DNA of 10,586 nt from Synechococcus sp. (GTDB lineage Bacteria; Cyanobacteriota; Cyanobacteriia; Thermostichales; PCC-7336), in NCBI GenBank assembly GCA_051439425.1, contig JBFRWD010000125.1:1-10586 (forward strand). The letters run 5' to 3'. How positions within the stretch are numbered: position 1 is the first letter of the stretch; each line of letters starts with the position of its first letter. This document shows positions 6,635 through 10,586 of this stretch, piece by piece. The position numbers and the translations under genes are program-made. Under the pieces are notes generated by a model. That model saw only the letters and a program-made list of their open reading frames with translations, made no database searches and was not told the origin of the DNA.

Positions 6635-9600
6635 TCAATTTGCGCCCTCTAGCCTCACCCGCTGCACCTCTGGCAAGGGAACGGCTGCCCGTAACTTGCC
6701 CGTAACTCCTTTCAATCGGCATGTCCCTCGATCAATCGCATCCACCATCCACGATAGCGATGGGTGTTTCGTCCATTTCACCCACTGTCCCTCTTTGAGG
6801 GGAGCCGTATCGACCTCTACCTGTATTGATTGATTAATTGGGGGGGTCGATACCGTCGCCGATTCGGTTTCATCTTGGGTGCGAGCCATTTCTCGACGCT
6901 CCAGTATTTGAGTTAGGAGCTCCCAATGCTCCTCATCGATGCGATAGAGCTTGGTTTGCTCCCCTCGCGGTCCCACAAATCTAGTCCGGCATTTGATGCC
7001 CAACTGGGACAGTAACGCTCGAAAGATCTGTCCGTTACTGGTGCTGTCCGTAACGCTGTAACCCAGCGCATTCTTAATGGCTTTTGCTTGCTGGCGTGCC
7101 AGAGCACACAGCGGTTCTAAATCTTGACTCGACCATTCTTGAGAGGGGTCAATATAGTGATGCAACCCGAGCAGTTCTCTCACCTGCCGTTTCAGCTCGA
7201 AACAGCTTTGGTCTGGGAGAAACAACCCCTTCAGCCAGTAGGCTTGTCGGGCAATACCGCGACTGTCTCGGGTGATGGCAAATGCTTGGCCCTGCAATAA
7301 AGCTTCCAGTTCCACTACCTTGCCTCTGAAGCGACCCCAATCATCCAGCTCCACCCATGAAGATGTGATGTCTGCTTCATCGAGAATGTAAAATCGAGAC
7401 AATGTGGTTTTGCGTTCGTCTCGCAGTTGTTGGGGAGTTCGTTTCTCCTGTTGTTGCAACGAGCTGAATTCCAACTCGGACAGCACTCGGCTGTCAACCA
7501 CCCGCTCGAATTCTGCTTGCTTGCTGCGATCACGGGCTTCTTTGATTTGCTTCTTCAGTTCGTCAGCATCTTCGTTTTCGATGACGGTGATGCTGACATG
7601 GTTGCCTTCCAGCCTGAGACGTTCTGCCAGCCCCCCCCGCAGCCACCACATAGCTGAGTTGGTATTGGCGATAATCCTGGCCCAGTGGTCGAGGTGGGGA
7701 TTGTTGCGAAATCCATATTCTTCCTCCACTACCGACCCCAAATCGGGGCGCAAAGAGGTGCGAATTAAAGCTATTTCGGTATCCCAGCGGGTGAGGAGAT
7801 CCTGTTGGACTCTCAGGGGATAGTCACTCTTGCTAGCTTTGTTGAAGTTCTTGCCGGTGGAGGCACACCAGACGATGCGGGGGATGGGGGCTCTGACTCT
7901 GGCTAAGGCTTGAGCGATATCGGAATCGGAGAGAACGCCGTTGAATAGTCCGAAAACACAATCGAAATGCTCCACTTCGATGCTGACGCCGGTGGCCATG
8001 CTGGGGGTGGCAATCACAATGTCGTAGTCCAGCACATCCTCATTCACATTGCGAATGAACTCCACTTCGATATCCCCGCCGCTGGTATCGCTATTGATAA
8101 TCAGTGTCTTGCTGGCAGGAGCGGCATTCTCGATTTGGGTCAGCAGCTGGGCGATGGTGTTGCTGTCGCTTTTGCTGTCGGTTGCCACAAAGACTTTTTG
8201 TTGGAGGGCGATCGCCTCCAGAAGTCTTGAAATTAAAGCTGATTTGGGGGCCTCCAGCAGTTCGATGGGATAGCCCTTAGGGACATGGGTATTGCGAACG
8301 AGAAAGGCTGAATCACTGTTTTTGCGCAGATTCTCGACATAGGTAAGTTCGTCATCGGTCAGATCGGCGCTGGCAATAATCACCCGTTTGGCAACGCGAA
8401 TCAGATCGTGGAAGCGGGCCAGGAGTGCAGGTCTGCGGCCGCCTTTATTGCAGGTGGAGCTGGAGAGGAGATGGTGCACCACTTGATCGACTTCGTCCAG
8501 CACCAGATCGCAATCTCTGAATTCGGCTGGATCGATAGAGAGTAAGGAATCGACGCACAGCCCCAGTCTTTGAGTGGGGGTATCGCCATCCACAATCCAG
8601 GTGCCGTGGCCGCGATCTGTGTCGGTTTTCCAGGCGATATTTAATCGCTGAGCCAAGCTACGGCCCAAACAAACTCGGTGGGTGAGTAGCAAGGCTTTTG
8701 GGCTGTAAGCTAACAGGCTGCGAATGCTGTTGGTTTTGCCGGACCCCTTGCACGATTCGATGGCGATGATGCCTTTTTCGGGGAAGGCAACCTCATTCAG
8801 TTTCAGTTCGGACTGACTGAGTTTGAGTGAGGGCCTACGGGAGCGTTTGGCCCAATAACGACGATGCCAAAGCCAAGCGGGATAAGGCTGTGCGTCTCGA
8901 TAGAGACGAGCAATCGCCTCGCTACCCTTGGCCACACCGTAATCATCGATGCCGGTTTTGCTGGTGTCGGGCAGCAAGGGAATGCGCAGGATGTTGACGG
9001 TGCAACCGGCATCGGAATAGCAGATGCCGAGTTTGCGTGTTTCTCTACTGACGTCTCTTCTGGTTTTTGGTTTTGTTTCGGTGTCGAGGGCGATGAAGAC
9101 CTGTCGACTTTCTTGAGCAAATAGCTGAAGGTAGGGGCGCAGTCGTTTGCCAGTGCCATCGGGGTTGAAGACCCCCATCGTGATCCCCGAAAGGGCAATG
9201 CAGGCGTGACCTTTGCTAAGAAGATGTTGAGCTTTTTTGTAGCCCTCAGTGATCGTGATGGGAATGGAAGGAGTCAGACTGACCCAAGTCCAGAATTCGA
9301 AATCAGTCGGACGATCCGAACGATTCTCCCCTATATACGCAGGACAGCAGGGATAGATACCTGCATCGTCAGCCACCAGCCACCAGACCCGATCGCTGAC
9401 GGGTGGAAACCCGCCGCGAACTCCCAATCCTTTAGGACTTTCGTACTTGCGGTACTTCCCTTTCTTAGCATCCCAGATGGGGTGGGAGAGTTTGGCTTGA
9501 AAGACTTCCCGTTGCCAGTTGCGCTCGGGATTGAGGGTATAGAGGAGAGCAGCGTATTGGGTGGGAGTGGATTGATGGCGGAAGCGTTTGAACTGCCAGC

Positions 9601-9832
9601 CCAATGCTGCGTGAATGGGGGCAGCGAGAATCTCGCCACCGGCCCCTAGTTCGAGATCGGGGACAAGGCTTACGCCACAGCGATAAAGGTCATGGGCGAT
9701 GCAACTACCTTCCGTCCATTCTCGGTAGATGCGATTGGTGAATTCGTCCGGTGAGTGAAAAGTAGAGGGATCTGGATGTTGAGCGATCCCGACCGATTCG
9801 CCTAAGCGTTCGGTGTCAGTCAGAGTATTCAT
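6635..9832 (-). CDS. repA: Plasmid replication protein, CyRepA1-like (DUF3854 primase-like domain + SF2 helicase/origin-binding domain), 1065 aa
   Basis: RKYESPKG, ITEGYKKA, IALDTETK and KTGIDDY (DUF3854/Toprim-like); Walker A SCKGSGKT; THRVCLG; Walker B LVLDEVDQV; IATPSMATGVSI; QALARVR. Confidence 0.9.
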   Translation of the reverse strand: MNTLTDTERLGESVGIAQHPDPSTFHSPDEFTNRIYREWTEGSCIAHDLYRCGVSLVPDLELGAGGEILAAPIHAALGWQFKRFRHQSTPTQYAALLYTLNPERNWQREVFQAKLSHPIWDAKKGKYRKYESPKGLGVRGGFPPVSDRVWWLVADDAGIYPCCPAYIGENRSDRPTDFEFWTWVSLTPSIPITITEGYKKAQHLLSKGHACIALSGITMGVFNPDGTGKRLRPYLQLFAQESRQVFIALDTETKPKTRRDVSRETRKLGICYSDAGCTVNILRIPLLPDTSKTGIDDYGVAKGSEAIARLYRDAQPYPAWLWHRRYWAKRSRRPSLKLSQSELKLNEVAFPEKGIIAIESCKGSGKTNSIRSLLAYSPKALLLTHRVCLGRSLAQRLNIAWKTDTDRGHGTWIVDGDTPTQRLGLCVDSLLSIDPAEFRDCDLVLDEVDQVVHHLLSSSTCNKGGRRPALLARFHDLIRVAKRVIIASADLTDDELTYVENLRKNSDSAFLVRNTHVPKGYPIELLEAPKSALISRLLEAIALQQKVFVATDSKSDSNTIAQLLTQIENAAPASKTLIINSDTSGGDIEVEFIRNVNEDVLDYDIVIATPSMATGVSIEVEHFDCVFGLFNGVLSDSDIAQALARVRAPIPRIVWCASTGKNFNKASKSDYPLRVQQDLLTRWDTEIALIRTSLRPDLGSVVEEEYGFRNNPHLDHWARIIANTNSAMWWLRGGLAERLRLEGNHVSITVIENEDADELKKQIKEARDRSKQAEFERVVDSRVLSELEFSSLQQQEKRTPQQLRDERKTTLSRFYILDEADITSSWVELDDWGRFRGKVVELEALLQGQAFAITRDSRGIARQAYWLKGLFLPDQSCFELKRQVRELLGLHHYIDPSQEWSSQDLEPLCALARQQAKAIKNALGYSVTDSTSNGQIFRALLSQLGIKCRTRFVGPRGEQTKLYRIDEEHWELLTQILERREMARTQDETESATVSTPPINQSIQVEVDTAPLKEGQWVKWTKHPSLSWMVDAIDRGTCRLKGVTGKLRAAVPLPEVQRVRLEGAN
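6807..6853. other. Intragenic inverted repeat flanking an AT-rich core; candidate replication origin
   Basis: GTATCGACC (6807-6815) and GGTCGATAC (6845-6853) are perfect 9-bp arms around TATTGATTGATTAATT and a G7 run, inside an otherwise GC-richer gene. Confidence 0.5.
8208..8215. repeat. HIP1 octamer GCGATCGC
   Basis: Exact match. Further CGATCG cores occur near 336, 458, 3928, 9390, 10266, 10352 and 10378, consistent with a cyanobacterial host. Confidence 0.6.
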
Positions 9833-9888
9833 CAGTGTCTCAATCCGTTACGTGGTGCGGATTGGAGAACGGACTGGTGGGTTTCTAG

Positions 9889-9914
9889 AAAAAATTAGTG
9901 AAAGTATCTCACTA
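9889..9914 (-). terminator. Weak terminator-like hairpin in the rep leader (candidate attenuator)
   Basis: On the minus strand: UAGUGA-gauacuu-UCACUA followed by AUUUUUU, about 57 nt upstream of the rep ATG. The stem is short and AU-rich. Confidence 0.4.
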
Positions 9915-9915
9915 C

Positions 9916-9944
9916 TTGCCAGCACGAATTTCTGTTCGTAAAAT
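9916..9944 (+). promoter_or_regulatory. Sigma70-type promoter antisense to the rep leader
   Basis: TTGCCA (9916-9921), exactly 17 nt, TAAAAT (9939-9944). Confidence 0.7.
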
Positions 9945-9949
9945 AGGCA

Positions 9950-10062
9950 CTAGAAAACCCCCGAGACCTCTCAATCGCGACCCGCCAAGGCTTGATTAAG
10001 GTTCTCATCCGCATAAAGGCTATCGAGCTCTCCTGTTTCCTCAGGAGGGTTCAAGTCTTTTT
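9950..10062 (+). ncRNA. Predicted ~110-nt countertranscript (antisense copy-number control RNA, CopA/Inc-like)
   Basis: Starts just downstream of the promoter. Bulged stem-loop at 9963-10006 with apical CC-CGCCAA-GG (UUGGCG on the rep-sense strand), then a terminator hairpin and T-run. Confidence 0.65.
10015..10062 (+). terminator. Rho-independent terminator of the predicted antisense RNA
   Basis: GAGCTCTCCTG (10025-10035), loop TTTCCT, CAGGAGGGTTC (10042-10052); 11 bp including G-U pairs, extended by AAAGGCT/AGTCTTT, with TTTTT at 10058-10062. Confidence 0.7.
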
Positions 10063-10274
10063 AGGGGGGTTACGTCATTTTTCTTCCTCCAAACGAGTGT
10101 TTAAAATTGCCTAACCCAAGCTGAGATCTAGTCCGGGGAGACTATCATTAGCGCAACTATACCTCCGAAATTTAACGCTCGCAGCCACTGTCAATAGTGG
10201 TTTCTACAGAGGTTTAGGATTTCAACACGCTACCGCTAGCTTTTGCAACGATAATCAAATAAAAGCGATCGTTT

Positions 10275-10400
10275 CTAAACGAAACGCAATAAAACAACAA
10301 GCTTAAAAGAATACATATCTTGTATTGAATACAACAAGCTATCGGTATCTACGATCGCCAAACGTGCAACCAACAAGCGATCGATTTCGGTTGTCTGCAT
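10275..10400 (-). CDS. Possible 41-aa small protein or gene remnant (MQTTEIDRLLVARLAIVD...)
   Basis: AAGGAGG lies 4 nt before the ATG at 10400; no recognisable family. Confidence 0.25.
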   Translation of the reverse strand: MQTTEIDRLLVARLAIVDTDSLLYSIQDMYSFKLVVLLRFV

Positions 10401-10462
10401 ACCGCCTCCTTCGGTAATGAATTGGCCAGGATAAACGCTCCAGCGAACAGGCAAGAAATCGA

Positions 10463-10586
10463 CATGGTTCAATAACGGTTCATTTTGGGTAACAGTCGCA
10501 GCAAAAAATGGACCAATTATTAAAGTTGGCCAATCGGGCAAATGGTAGAGTGATCACGCCCTTTGGAAGCGCTGGAATCCCAACAT
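10463..10586 (-). repeat. Right copy of the 124-bp inverted repeat; runs to the window edge
   Basis: Reverse complement aligns without gaps to 127-250 (13 mismatches). Its true outer boundary cannot be seen. Confidence 0.95.

Larger units (their letters stand above)
127..10586. mobile_element. Cyanobacterial plasmid-type replicon (rep + par + TA + resolvase remnant + cargo)
   Basis: Contains only plasmid backbone modules plus one cargo gene; no chromosomal housekeeping, conjugation or phage structural genes are seen. Confidence 0.85.

Noticed and set aside
6686..6707. 11-bp tandem duplication TGCCCGTAACT x2 near the rep 3' end as a frameshifting event
   Set aside because: The current frame gives a plausible domain ending (AAVPLPEVQRV), and removing one copy gives nothing more convincing. 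It cannot be resolved without homologue alignment.
6913..9649. Multiple short ORFs overlapping rep on either strand
   Set aside because: Shadow ORFs of a GC-richer gene with no recognisable motifs.
9895..10014. 39-aa leader ORF (MRMRTLIKPWRVAI...) as a Tap/RepY-like leader peptide
   Set aside because: It stops 62 nt before the rep start, so there is no translational coupling, and it has no well-spaced SD.
128..10585. Tn7/CAST-like transposon suggested by TGT...ACA ends
   Set aside because: No tnsB/tnsC/tniQ or other transposase, no repeated TnsB-like sites recognised, and a target duplication cannot be assessed at the window edge.

Overview
A near-complete, probably cyanobacterial low-copy plasmid replicon of about 10.6 kb. 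Host inference rests on the CyRepA1-type replicase, a cyAbrB homologue and HIP1/CGATCG words. Left to right it carries: a type Ib-like partition cassette (small RHH-like partner, ParA with a non-canonical Walker A, and an 8-bp-periodic centromere-like array); an intact DUF433/DUF5615(PIN) toxin-antitoxin pair; two decayed genes (tyrosine recombinase and cyAbrB regulator); one AT-rich cargo gene encoding a cyclooxygenase-like heme dioxygenase; and a 1065-aa primase-helicase replication protein. The most notable non-coding signals are three. (i) A complete predicted antisense-RNA copy-control unit in the rep leader: sigma70-like promoter, CGCCAA apical loop, terminator and a candidate attenuator. 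(ii) An inverted repeat with an AT-rich core inside the rep 3' end, a candidate origin. (iii) A 124-bp, 111/124-identical inverted repeat bracketing essentially the whole window. All family assignments come from motif recognition by eye, not database searches.
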